A stretch of DNA of 64,000 nucleotides from Candidatus Magasanikbacteria bacterium RIFOXYC2_FULL_42_28 (lineage in GTDB: Bacteria; Patescibacteriota; Patescibacteriia; Magasanikbacterales; GWA2-37-8), in the NCBI GenBank assembly GCA_001784435.1, contig MFQZ01000010.1, forward strand, positions 18,917-82,916. The letters are read 5' to 3'. Position 1 is the stretch's first letter, and every line of letters begins with the position of its first letter. The notes below the pieces were generated by a model that saw nothing but the letters and a program-made list of their open reading frames with translations, did no database searches and was not told where the DNA came from. Below are positions 28,478 to 37,508 of the stretch, one piece after another. Made by a program: the position numbers and the translations under genes.

Positions 28478-28665
28478 ATGGTGATTGGAACGGCTACCAA
28501 CCGTTACCCCGTAAGGGATCTCGACTAAGTCGTGGCTAAGCCAAATAAAAGTTAAACATTCGGGTGGAACCGTCAATTGTCATTGCGAGAAGGCCGTAGG
28601 CCGACGAAGCAATCTTTCAAACCATTGACCCCGATACCTATTTTTAGGTATGGGGGTATTTTTTT
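28478..28665 (+). ncRNA. T-box riboswitch (threonine), transcription-attenuation type
   Basis: GGGTGGAACCG at 28562. Antiterminator pairing cggg/cccg and gtcaa/ttgac overlaps the terminator accccgatacct...aggtatgggggt-T7. ACC lies in the loop of the first hairpin; thrS is downstream. Confidence 0.8.
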
Positions 28666-28740
28666 AGAAAAAAGTATATATTCAAGTATATACGGGAATA
28701 TATATTTAAATATATACTTAAATAATGATAGGCGAAATTT

Positions 28741-29286
28741 ATGAAAAAAACTCCGATTTTAAAAGGTCCACGGATAATTTTACGCCCGCTAAAATTAAGC
28801 GAAGCCACTTACTATGTAAAATGGTTTCGTGACAAAGAAGTTGTCCAATATTTAGGCAATAAATTACTGAATATCAAAGCCAAAGGCGTGCGCGACTATT
28901 TTATAAAAGAAAATAACAAACCGGACGCGATATTGTGGGCGATAGAGGTGGTGGGTGTTGGGCATATTGGCAATGTTCATTTGGATTTGGATAACAATAA
29001 CAAACGGGCAAGTTTGGGGATAGTAATCGGCGACAAAAATTATTGGGGCGAGGGTTACGGAGCGGAGTGTTTGGAAATTTTAGGCGATTATGTTTTTAAA
29101 AAATTAAAATATAATCGATTACAACTGACGGTTTTTACCGCCAATAGGCGTGCCGTTCGCGCTTATAAAAAAGTCGGGTTTAAAATTGAAGGCACTTTGC
29201 GAAAAAATATTTATGCCTATGTGTTTAAAAAATATTGTGATGAATATGTGATGGCGATTTTAAAAGACGAGTGGTTTAAAAAATAA
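28741..29286 (+). CDS. GNAT acetyltransferase, RimJ/RimL family
   Basis: IILRPL, LGIVIGDKNYWGEGYG and NRRAVRAYKKVGFKIEG. Confidence 0.9.
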   Translation: MKKTPILKGPRIILRPLKLSEATYYVKWFRDKEVVQYLGNKLLNIKAKGVRDYFIKENNKPDAILWAIEVVGVGHIGNVHLDLDNNNKRASLGIVIGDKNYWGEGYGAECLEILGDYVFKKLKYNRLQLTVFTANRRAVRAYKKVGFKIEGTLRKNIYAYVFKKYCDEYVMAILKDEWFKK

Positions 29287-29307
29287 AAATTAATTTATTA
29301 ACCGACC

Positions 29308-29341
29308 GGATGGAGATTCCTCACATTCGTTCGGAATGACA
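29308..29341. repeat. RPE-like palindrome
   Basis: 34 of 34 nt identical to 60553-60586 inside folC. Confidence 0.9.
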
Positions 29342-29350
29342 TAAAAAAAT

Positions 29351-31096
29351 ATGGACAAAGAACAACTCGAACACCTGCGCCACTCCTGCGCGCACCTACT
29401 CGCCGCGGCGGTTTTGGAATTGTATCCAAACGCTAAACGCACCATTGGTCCGGCGATTGAAAACGGTTTTTATTATGATTTTGATTTCGGGGTGGAGAAA
29501 ATTTCGGAAACAGATTTGAAAAAAATAGAAGAAAAAATGCGCCAAATTGCTCCCACTTGGGAAAAATTTGAACGTCAAGAAGTTAGCGCTAGCGGAGCGA
29601 AAGCTGTTTTTAAAGACAATGAATATAAAATAGAATTAATCGAAGAATTTAGCGTTGACGGGCAAGCGCTTACTTTGTATAAATCCGGCGCTTATGTGGA
29701 TTTGTGCCGCGGTGGGCATAGCGAGAACCCGAGCAAAGAATTAAAACATTTTAAATTATTGTCGGTGGCGGGCGCGTATTGGCGCGGGAGTGAAAAAAAT
29801 AAAATGTTGACGCGTATTTACGGCACTTGTTTTCCGACTAAAAATGAATTGTATGAGCACTTACATCAATTGGAAGAAGCCAAAAAGCGCGATCATCGTA
29901 AAATCGGCGCCGAGCAGGAATTATTTTGTTTTGATGATCGCGTGGGTAAGGGCCAAGTTTTGTGGTTGCCAAACGGCACGATAATTCGTAATGAAGTGGA
30001 AAAATTAACTATAGAAAAAGAATCTGAAGGCGACTATCTGCGCGTGCGTACGCCGCACCTCGCCAAAGAAGAATTATTTTTGACTTCCGGGCATTTGCCG
30101 TATTACAAAGACAGCATGTATCCGCCCATGGTAATGGACGATGGCAACTACTATCTGAAAGCGATGAATTGCCCGCATCACCACACCATTTATAATTTTA
30201 AACCGCACAGTTATCGCGAGTTGCCGCTCCGTTTGGTAGAATATGGTGAATGTTTTCGCAATGAATTGTCCGGCACTTTGGCTGGGTTACTCCGCGTGCG
30301 TGCGATGGCGATGAATGACGCGCATATTTATTGCCGTAAAGAGCAAATTAAAGACGAATTTAAAAGCGTGATGGAACTGGTGATGGAATATTTCCGAATT
30401 TTCAAATTGGAAAATTATTGGTTTCGTCTTTCCAAATGGAGTCCGGATCATTTGGATAAATATATCAACGAACCGGAAAATTGGCAATTTAGCGAGGGGG
30501 TGATTCGGGAGGTGTTACAAGAAATGAAAGTAAAATTTGTGGAAGCCGCGGACGAGGCGGCGTTTTACGGACCGAAGGTAGACGTGATGTTTAAGTCGGT
30601 TATCGGACGCGAAGAAACCATGTCCACTATTCAATTGGATTTCGCGGCGAAAAAGCGTTTTGATTTAAAATACACCGATTCTGATGGCAAAGAAAATAAC
30701 GAGGTGTTTGTGATTCACCGTGCGCCACTGTCAACCCACGAACGGTTTATGGCGTTTTTAATTGAGCATTTTGCCGGTGTTTGGCCGGTCTGGCTCTCAC
30801 CCGTGCAAGTACTCTTCGCGCCGGTGGCGAGCGCGCACGTGGAAGGCGCGAAAAAATTAGCCGGTGAATTTAAAGTTGCCGGCATTCGCGTAGAGACCGA
30901 TGACGCGGACGAAACTGTTGGCAACAAAGTGCGCAAAGCCGTTGGCCGGAAAATTCCGTATATTGTCGTAGTGGGGGATAAGGAACTCGCGGGTGGCGAA
31001 TTAATGGTGCGCGTGCGCGGAGAAGAAAAACCGGCGAAATTTGTGAAAGAAGAATTTTTGGCAAAGGTGGTGGGGGAGATTAAAGCGCGGACGTAA
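29351..31096 (+). CDS. thrS: Threonine-tRNA ligase (lacking the N-terminal TGS domain)
   Basis: RHSCAHLL, DLCRGGH, RDHRKIG, KAMNCPHH, AAFYGPKVD and IHRA motifs. Confidence 0.98.
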   Translation: MDKEQLEHLRHSCAHLLAAAVLELYPNAKRTIGPAIENGFYYDFDFGVEKISETDLKKIEEKMRQIAPTWEKFERQEVSASGAKAVFKDNEYKIELIEEFSVDGQALTLYKSGAYVDLCRGGHSENPSKELKHFKLLSVAGAYWRGSEKNKMLTRIYGTCFPTKNELYEHLHQLEEAKKRDHRKIGAEQELFCFDDRVGKGQVLWLPNGTIIRNEVEKLTIEKESEGDYLRVRTPHLAKEELFLTSGHLPYYKDSMYPPMVMDDGNYYLKAMNCPHHHTIYNFKPHSYRELPLRLVEYGECFRNELSGTLAGLLRVRAMAMNDAHIYCRKEQIKDEFKSVMELVMEYFRIFKLENYWFRLSKWSPDHLDKYINEPENWQFSEGVIREVLQEMKVKFVEAADEAAFYGPKVDVMFKSVIGREETMSTIQLDFAAKKRFDLKYTDSDGKENNEVFVIHRAPLSTHERFMAFLIEHFAGVWPVWLSPVQVLFAPVASAHVEGAKKLAGEFKVAGIRVETDDADETVGNKVRKAVGRKIPYIVVVGDKELAGGELMVRVRGEEKPAKFVKEEFLAKVVGEIKART

Positions 31097-31109
31097 AATT
31101 AATAAAATA

Positions 31110-31142
31110 AAAAAACACCGAAGCGATTTGCTTCGGTGCTTT
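31110..31142. terminator. Bidirectional intrinsic terminator
   Basis: aaaaaacaccgaagc-gattt-gcttcggtgcttt. Confidence 0.8.
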
Positions 31143-31145
31143 AGT

Positions 31146-31681
31146 TTAAAATACTAAAGGGATGGGCGGCATGGTGAGCGAGAACCTGCCGTCCCATCCG
31201 CAGGCGCGCGGGGGGGGGGTGGGTATCTCGGGAACGGGGGGCTATCGGCGGTAGCGCACGGAGACGCGCCGCCCCTTCCACTGTGTGGGGTGGGCGCCGC
31301 GCCTGCTTTCAGCAAGGCACTGCACCTGCCCCCAGCCAGCGCAGTTCTTCAGGAACAGGGCTTCGTTGCCGAAGCCAATGATGAGCTCCTTGGCAGTAGG
31401 CACCTGGCCCTCCCACTTGTCCAGGAAGATCGAGTGGCCGCCGCTGGCGACGACCACGGCGCTGACGACCTCTACCTCCACGCCCCCCCACACTTTTCTT
31501 TGGCGAACTTCTCGCCCCCGTTACAGGCTGAGAGGATGGCGATGGTCAGGGCGATGATGGGGCTGTTGTTGTTGTTCATGTTGGCATATCTCCAAAATGG
31601 CCCACGCAGGGCCGTGTGTCAGCCGGATTCAGGGTCGGCTTATCCCCAGGGTGGTCATGCCACCTCTCTTTAGTATTTTAA
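31146..31681. other. GC-rich cassette bounded by inverted repeats
   Basis: ttaaaatactaaaggga (31146-31162) matches the reverse complement of 31665-31681 at 16 of 17 positions. The interior is about two-thirds G+C (40/60 in 31441-31500). Confidence 0.8.
31242..31579 (-). pseudogene. Lipoprotein-like gene frameshifted at a G7 tract
   Basis: GGAGA SD, then MNNNNSPIIALTIAILSA-C lipobox. The frame stops at 31472; one extra G at 31483-31489 would join it to the GC3-biased ORF ending at 31242. Confidence 0.55.
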
Positions 31682-31744
31682 TGTTATTTTAAATGAGCTT
31701 TAGAAATTAATCTTTTTGTCTATCTTAGGCAAAAAGATTAATAA

Positions 31745-31772
31745 TCTTAGCACATTTTTGGCGTTTTGTCAA
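31745..31772 (-). promoter_or_regulatory. Sigma70 promoter pointing into the GC-rich cassette
   Basis: TTGACA-aaacgccaaaaatgtgc (17)-TAAGAT, followed by the palindrome attaatctttttg...caaaaagattaat. Confidence 0.7.
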
Positions 31773-31791
31773 GACCACGCCGCTCGCGCTT

Positions 31792-32556
31792 TCATTTTTT
31801 TAATCTTGCCATGATTGATTTTAAAAATTTATCCGGATGGATTTCTATTTCTTTTATTGCGCTTCTTTCTTTGTATCCGATAATTTTGTCATTTTCGTCA
31901 ACTATTATTGTTTTTGGTTTTGATCCTGGCAAAATAATTTCTTTATCTTTGCCAATAAATTTAATTTCTTCATTTTTAATTACGAGTGCTTGTTCGTCGG
32001 TTAATAATCTGACGAGTAGCGGTTGTTGTTTGGCTTTTTCTTTTATCGCATCCAACATGTCGGGAGTGTAATGTGCCTTGATCAAAAATGGCACCCAGTT
32101 CATGGCGGTAAAATTAGTAATGCCGTACCTGTCTTTGCCTTTTTCAATCCAGGTGGACATAATAATTGACGGGCAAGCGATATACGATCCGGCACTCACG
32201 CCAATGTAAATCACGCCTTGGGCGATCAAATCTTTTGCAACTTCGGCAAAGCCACTTTTACGCACGCATTTTAACAAATAGAAAGTATTGCCGCCGCCCA
32301 TAAAAATAATATCATACCCGGTCAATATTTTTTTCAATTGAGTTTTTGTTTTTCCGGCGATATCAATTTCAGCATAATTCCAACCCAGCTCGTTGAAGCG
32401 GGCGCGATGACGTATTAAATAATTACCCGATGTGGATTTTTGTCCGGCGGTAATAATAAAAGCGATTTTGCAATCCTTTAATTTTTTGGGCAAATATTTA
32501 TCAATGTTTTTGCTGGTGATAAATTGGGTGCTGCTGGCGAGGATAAGGGTAGACAT
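31792..32556 (-). CDS. Peptidase E (S51) / class I glutamine-amidotransferase-like protein
   Basis: IFMGGGNTFYLL, YIGVSAGS and the IKAHY catalytic His; extra C-terminal tail. Confidence 0.88.
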   Translation of the reverse strand: MSTLILASSTQFITSKNIDKYLPKKLKDCKIAFIITAGQKSTSGNYLIRHRARFNELGWNYAEIDIAGKTKTQLKKILTGYDIIFMGGGNTFYLLKCVRKSGFAEVAKDLIAQGVIYIGVSAGSYIACPSIIMSTWIEKGKDRYGITNFTAMNWVPFLIKAHYTPDMLDAIKEKAKQQPLLVRLLTDEQALVIKNEEIKFIGKDKEIILPGSKPKTIIVDENDKIIGYKERSAIKEIEIHPDKFLKSIMARLKK

Positions 32557-32561
32557 AAAAA

Positions 32562-32939
32562 TTAAAAATAACTCAACCCATCGCGACTTTCGCGTTTAGT
32601 CATTTCGGCTTGATACGCCGGGTCGTAAATTTGGATAATTTTAAATTTTCCGGAAGTGGTAGCGGTGTTATCGGCGTTGCACTTAATTGTTTGTTCCACG
32701 ATGAAAACATGGCCCCAGTATAACCATTTGCCGCCGATATCCTGTACCAAAAAACAGCGCGTCGTCGGCCGGTGGTAAATTCTGGCGTCGGGCTTATCCT
32801 TAAATTCAAAAATTTTATCAGCCACTGTCGCTAATTGAATCGGCTTGGTGCGATGTTTTTCTAAATTCAAAATTTCGGCCGGAAAACCTTGTTCGGCAGT
32901 GATGCGTAGTGCATCGTTTATTTCTAGATAAGATCCCAT
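32562..32939 (-). CDS. Hypothetical protein
   Basis: Tight operon spacing and plausible composition (GKWLYWGH, TTSGKFKI). Confidence 0.75.
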   Translation of the reverse strand: MGSYLEINDALRITAEQGFPAEILNLEKHRTKPIQLATVADKIFEFKDKPDARIYHRPTTRCFLVQDIGGKWLYWGHVFIVEQTIKCNADNTATTSGKFKIIQIYDPAYQAEMTKRESRDGLSYF

Positions 32940-32944
32940 AGTTT

Positions 32945-33469
32945 TTATCTTAGTGTTTTTAAAGATTTCAGTTTTTTGCCTTTTCCGGAAGCGATTTCTT
33001 GTCGGCTTTGATTAAGTTCGTCTACGATATTTCTTTCTTGTGCGCGTAAATTTTCCGTCTCATCCGGCCGTTTATAATCATCTTCCAATCGATAAGTAGT
33101 CCCAATTTCCGGCGTAGATACCTCAAATATATCACAATCGGTAATCGCTTGGTAGCGGTGTCTTTGGCCAATTTTAACAGTGTAGCCGTTGTTTGGCATC
33201 ATTTCAATCGTTTCCATTTCACCGCGCGTGTTTTCAATAATTAAATTACACCGGCCACTCACGATAAAACCAGTTTCTTCTTTTTTGTCGTGAATTTGTA
33301 AACTCAAACGTTTGCCAGCATTGATGTGTAAAATTTTTCCAACATAAGGAAGATTTGCTTGAGTAAAAATGAGTTCATATCCCCACGGTTTCTCAACTTT
33401 TAAAATATAAGGGGTATTAACAAATTTGCTTTTATCAAATTGATTTAGGTCAATCATATATTTATTCAA
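32945..33469 (-). CDS. Cupin, mannose-6-phosphate-isomerase type II C-terminal-like
   Basis: VEKPWGYE, RLSLQIHDKKEE, RHR, EVSTPE and RLEDDY. Confidence 0.85.
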   Translation of the reverse strand: MNKYMIDLNQFDKSKFVNTPYILKVEKPWGYELIFTQANLPYVGKILHINAGKRLSLQIHDKKEETGFIVSGRCNLIIENTRGEMETIEMMPNNGYTVKIGQRHRYQAITDCDIFEVSTPEIGTTYRLEDDYKRPDETENLRAQERNIVDELNQSRQEIASGKGKKLKSLKTLR

Positions 33470-34073
33470 TTACCGGTAATCCAGCCAAATCTTCGGAAAT
33501 AATTTTTTTATAGCGTGGATTTTTTTTCAAGGTTGGCGTGTTGTCGTGTTCCACTACATAATAGGCAAACCCTTGCATCTTTTTAACCATTTCATAATCA
33601 GCGTGCCCGGGCATAGAGGCCTCGTCTTTTTTATCGCTAAAATTTACCGGACTGTCGTCGGCGGTAACAAAATAGGTGGCGCCAACATTGGCCACTAAAT
33701 GTCCATAACTGGAAGGAATGAATAATTTTTCGCCCGGCTTGGCCAGCACGGCTTTAAATTCGGCTACTTCGTCGGGGATCATTTTGCCGTCGGCGCCAAC
33801 AACTAACTTTTGCAGGAGGGCGATACCAGAGCCAAAAATAAACCAATAGGTTTCATTTAAATTGCCAATGTGATAGTGCCCATAAGTTTTAATATATTCA
33901 CCAGAAATAGTTCCCGGTTCCCAGACAGTAATATTGCGCTGGTCGCTTCCACCCCGAATCATATAATAATGAATCGCTGGTCCCGCGCCGTTCGGGTCCA
34001 TTAAAACTTCCTGCATTTTTTCGTGAGTGCGCGCGGCGTAGTGTTTTGGTACTTCGGAGAAATTTGTGTTCAT
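33462..34073 (-). CDS. Cupin-type (archaeal-type) glucose-6-phosphate isomerase family protein
   Basis: ITVWEPGTISGEYIKTYGHYH..E.Y, IPSSYGH..N, and DY..VKKMQGFAYY. Confidence 0.85.
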   Translation of the reverse strand: MNTNFSEVPKHYAARTHEKMQEVLMDPNGAGPAIHYYMIRGGSDQRNITVWEPGTISGEYIKTYGHYHIGNLNETYWFIFGSGIALLQKLVVGADGKMIPDEVAEFKAVLAKPGEKLFIPSSYGHLVANVGATYFVTADDSPVNFSDKKDEASMPGHADYEMVKKMQGFAYYVVEHDNTPTLKKNPRYKKIISEDLAGLPVIE

Positions 34074-34163
34074 AATATTAAAAATTTATTTAATTCCACT
34101 TAACGGCGTATATGATGTTTGTCTTGATACGACAGAACATCGGCACATCATTGCCAGATTTTC

Positions 34164-34637
34164 TTATTTTAGTAGATATATATTCTTATCGCCATATTTA
34201 AATTGGGTGTGATTATTTTTGATGTAATTTTTAGCTACATAGGGTAGACCAAAAGCCAATGTAATCCATATTGCCAAAAATAATAGGATAAGTGCGGCTT
34301 CGTTCCTACCACCCCTTAGTCCCATTTCCTCTTTCATTTTTTCATAATTTTGGAGTTGTGTTTTTGCTAATTTTTCTGCGATTATTACAGCTATGATTGT
34401 TTCAACAAGAATAATCAAAATACTATAATAACTAAAAATTGTAGCTGCTACTAAAAATATTAAAACAAAAATAATAGTTCCGACAAGCACTTTTTTCCCT
34501 TGTGCGGTTTCGCCAAGCAGCTTGCAGTTTCGATAGTAAAGTATTGCTGGTAATATGGGGCCTAAAAAAAATGCTATGAAAGTCCAGTTTTTTGGGTTAT
34601 AAAGAATCTCTTTTTGGTTTAGTTTTTCTTCGTTCAT
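34164..34637 (-). CDS. AT-rich small membrane protein
   Basis: About four TM helices; AFFLGPILPAILYYRN. Confidence 0.7.
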   Translation of the reverse strand: MNEEKLNQKEILYNPKNWTFIAFFLGPILPAILYYRNCKLLGETAQGKKVLVGTIIFVLIFLVAATIFSYYSILIILVETIIAVIIAEKLAKTQLQNYEKMKEEMGLRGGRNEAALILLFLAIWITLAFGLPYVAKNYIKNNHTQFKYGDKNIYLLK

Positions 34638-34871
34638 ATTGTTTAAATTAAATTATTGTAATGATAATAAATTTGTGAATTTTAGATAAATTATGTATGT
34701 TCAAATTTTTTGAGAAATTTAGAATTCGCAGCATGGTTGTGGGTCAAGACTTATCTTGTATATTATTATACTATACATATATAACCATAAGCAATAGTAA
34801 GAACAGATATAATAATTTGACATATTTTCATAAAAACTGTATAAATACATATATAAAATATTCAAAATAAT

Positions 34872-35342
34872 ATGAACAACACCCAATTAGACCGCGTTTT
34901 ACGAATTTTAGCCAGAACTGGTGACCGCTGTTTGGTTTTTGACCGAGAAAATGATCAGGGAGTGATGGTGATGGCCTTGGACGAATATGAGAAATTTTTA
35001 AATGGCGGGACGGGCGTTTCGGAATTATCCGAGGGCGATATGTTAGAGAAGATTAATCGCGATATCGCGGTTTGGCGTGAAAATCATGAGTCCGAAAGTG
35101 GTAAAAGCGATGTTTTTGACTGGGATTTTGAAAAGAAAGAAGAACCAAAAATGGAATTTTCAGAGCCCGAAGAAGAGGAGGAAGACGGCTTTGCCGAAAG
35201 TGCGTTTGAAAACGAAAAACCGCTTGATTTAGCGGAAAAAGTGGATGAAATTGAAGTGGAAAAAGTAGATAACGAGGTGGATTTATCCGGTGTGCCAAGC
35301 GACGGCGAAGAAGAGAAATTCTACTTGGAACCGGTTGAATAG
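34872..35342 (+). CDS. Acidic hypothetical protein
   Basis: Upstream promoter-like TTGACA..TATAAA; Glu-rich; C-terminal FYLEPVE. Confidence 0.75.
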   Translation: MNNTQLDRVLRILARTGDRCLVFDRENDQGVMVMALDEYEKFLNGGTGVSELSEGDMLEKINRDIAVWRENHESESGKSDVFDWDFEKKEEPKMEFSEPEEEEEDGFAESAFENEKPLDLAEKVDEIEVEKVDNEVDLSGVPSDGEEEKFYLEPVE

Positions 35343-35571
35343 GGAAATATCCACAGTTTTTCAACTTTACCCCCTTGCCAAAACAAAATAAATAGTGTAT
35401 AATATTATCGCTAATTACTTTATAAGCAGTTAGCGATTTGTTTGTCAATTTTTTCAGCCCCCTAAGGGCTGATCCGCCTCTGGCGGATAAGTTATTTAAA
35501 TAATATTAAAAGCGGCTGGATATAAATCTGACCCGACCACTCGGGGCAGTGCCGTAGGTAATCATAAGCAT

Positions 35572-36765
35572 ATGGCAGAGTTCTCAAGAACAAAGCCCCA
35601 CGTTAACATTGGTACCATTGGCCACGTTGACCATGGAAAAACCACTCTCACTGCCGCGATTTTGCAGGTTTTAACTGCGCACGGTATGACCGCCCAAAAG
35701 AAGGGTGTTGATGATTTGGATAAAGCGCCCGAATCCAAGGCGCGCGGTATTACGATTTCTACCGCTCATGTGGAATACGAATCCGCTGCTCGCCACTATG
35801 CGCACGTTGACTGTCCGGGACACGCCGATTATGTTAAAAACATGATTACCGGCGCGGCTCAGATGGATGGTGCCATTTTGGTGGTTTCCGCTGCTGATGG
35901 TCCGATGCCTCAAACTCGCGAGCACATTTTGTTAGCTCGTCAGGTCGGCGTCCCTTACATTGTCGTATTTTTGAACAAAGTGGACATGGTGGATGATCCA
36001 GAATTGATTGATTTGGTTGAAGCCGAAGTCCGTGATTTATTGACAAAAAATAAATATCCTGGCGACACCACCCCGATTATCCGTGGCTCCGCCTTGAAAG
36101 CCTTGCAGGCTCCGTCGGATGAAGCCGCCTCTAAACCGGTTTTGGATTTGATTAAAGCGGTTGACGAATATATTCCAACTCCACAACGCCCAGTTGACAA
36201 GCCATTTTTGATGCCGGTGGAAGACGTTTTCTCCATTGAAGGTCGTGGTACTGTAGTTACTGGTCGTATTGAACGCGGTACTGTCCACATCAACGATGAA
36301 ATTTCGATCGTTGGTTTGCGCGAGGAACCAATGAAAACTGTCGTAACCGGTATTGAAATGTTTAATAAATCTTTGAAAGAAGGTTTGGCTGGGGACAACG
36401 CCGGTATCTTATTGCGTGGCACCAAGAAAGAAGAAGTGGAACGCGGTATGGTTTTGGCCAAGACCGGTTCTGTTACTCCTCACACTGAATTTGACGCCAA
36501 TGTTTATATTTTGACCAAAGAAGAAGGTGGTCGCCATAAGCCATTTTTCAAAGGCTACAAGCCACAATTCTATATCCGCACCACCGATGTTACGGGTGAT
36601 GTGACAGAATTGCCAGCTGGTGTTGAAATGGTTATGCCGGGCGATACCGTCAATATCAAAGTTAAATTGATCACCCCGGTTGCCATGGAAGAGCAAATGA
36701 ACTTCGCGATTCGCGAAGGCGGTCGCACGGTTGGTGCGGGCGTGGTAACTAAGATTAATAAATAA
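35572..36765 (+). CDS. tuf: Elongation factor Tu
   Basis: [18 protein letters not shown] and NKVD motifs. Confidence 0.99.
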   Translation: MAEFSRTKPHVNIGTIGHVDHGKTTLTAAILQVLTAHGMTAQKKGVDDLDKAPESKARGITISTAHVEYESAARHYAHVDCPGHADYVKNMITGAAQMDGAILVVSAADGPMPQTREHILLARQVGVPYIVVFLNKVDMVDDPELIDLVEAEVRDLLTKNKYPGDTTPIIRGSALKALQAPSDEAASKPVLDLIKAVDEYIPTPQRPVDKPFLMPVEDVFSIEGRGTVVTGRIERGTVHINDEISIVGLREEPMKTVVTGIEMFNKSLKEGLAGDNAGILLRGTKKEEVERGMVLAKTGSVTPHTEFDANVYILTKEEGGRHKPFFKGYKPQFYIRTTDVTGDVTELPAGVEMVMPGDTVNIKVKLITPVAMEEQMNFAIREGGRTVGAGVVTKINK

Positions 36766-36772
36766 TTATTTG

Positions 36773-36800
36773 AGGGGAGCGTAAGATTTTACGCTCCCCT
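36773..36800 (+). terminator. Hairpin after tuf
   Basis: aggggagcgtaa-gatt-ttacgctcccct perfect 12-bp stem. Confidence 0.6.
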
Positions 36801-36827
36801 TGATATTTAATAAATTGTTCTTTAATT

Positions 36828-37181
36828 ATGCCTACTGCTCACAAAACTGCCACTGCCAGCAAAAAGGAGGAAACGGTCGCTACTCGAATCCGGATTAAAA
36901 TTCGCGCTTACGATAATAAGATTATCGACATCGCGTCCAAAACCATAATTGATACCGCGACGCGCAACGGCGCTAAAGTTGTTGGGCCGGTACCGCTTCC
37001 GACCGAAAAGACCAAATTTACCGTCAATCGTTCCACTTTTGTGCATAAAGACGCGCGCGAACAATTTGAAATGCGGGTGCACAAACGCTTATTGGATATT
37101 ATGGACGCGGCGCCTAAATGCGTGGATGCTTTAATGAGTTTAAATTTGCCGGCGGGTGTGGATGTGGAGATAAAAATGTAG
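36828..37181 (+). CDS. rpsJ: 30S ribosomal protein S10
   Basis: [17 protein letters not shown] and [12 protein letters not shown]. Confidence 0.98.
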   Translation: MPTAHKTATASKKEETVATRIRIKIRAYDNKIIDIASKTIIDTATRNGAKVVGPVPLPTEKTKFTVNRSTFVHKDAREQFEMRVHKRLLDIMDAAPKCVDALMSLNLPAGVDVEIKM

Positions 37182-37246
37182 GAACCCCGAATTTTGTTCA
37201 CGAATCAACACGAACAATCTTAAAATACGGCTAATAGTATTGGCTC

Positions 37247-37508
37247 TTGACAAATATTTAATTTTCTGGTAAAGTGCTGACAACATTACCGACGTTAAAG
37301 TAAATAAGATTTGTTTCGGAATTTTCGAGGCAAAAAACATTTATTCGAACGAAAGTAATTTTGAGGAAATAAAGTGATTTAAAAATTTACAATTGGCCAA
37401 TCTTGATCACAAGAAAGGCTGGAAACGTGAATTGCAAACAGTATTTTTAGGGGGGAATTATCAGTAATTTAGACAGATTAGTTTGCAGTTAGCGTTTCTA
37501 GTTTTTTT
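37247..37508 (+). promoter_or_regulatory. Promoter and structured leader upstream of rplC
   Basis: TTGACA-17-TAAAGT; long hairpin ggctggaaacg..ttgcaaac/gtttgcag..cgtttctagtt followed by T7. Confidence 0.55.

Noticed and set aside
31285-31673. Plus-strand ORFs in the GC-rich cassette
   Set aside because: Promoter, SD, lipobox, codon bias and terminator all favour the minus strand; long shadow ORFs are expected at high GC.
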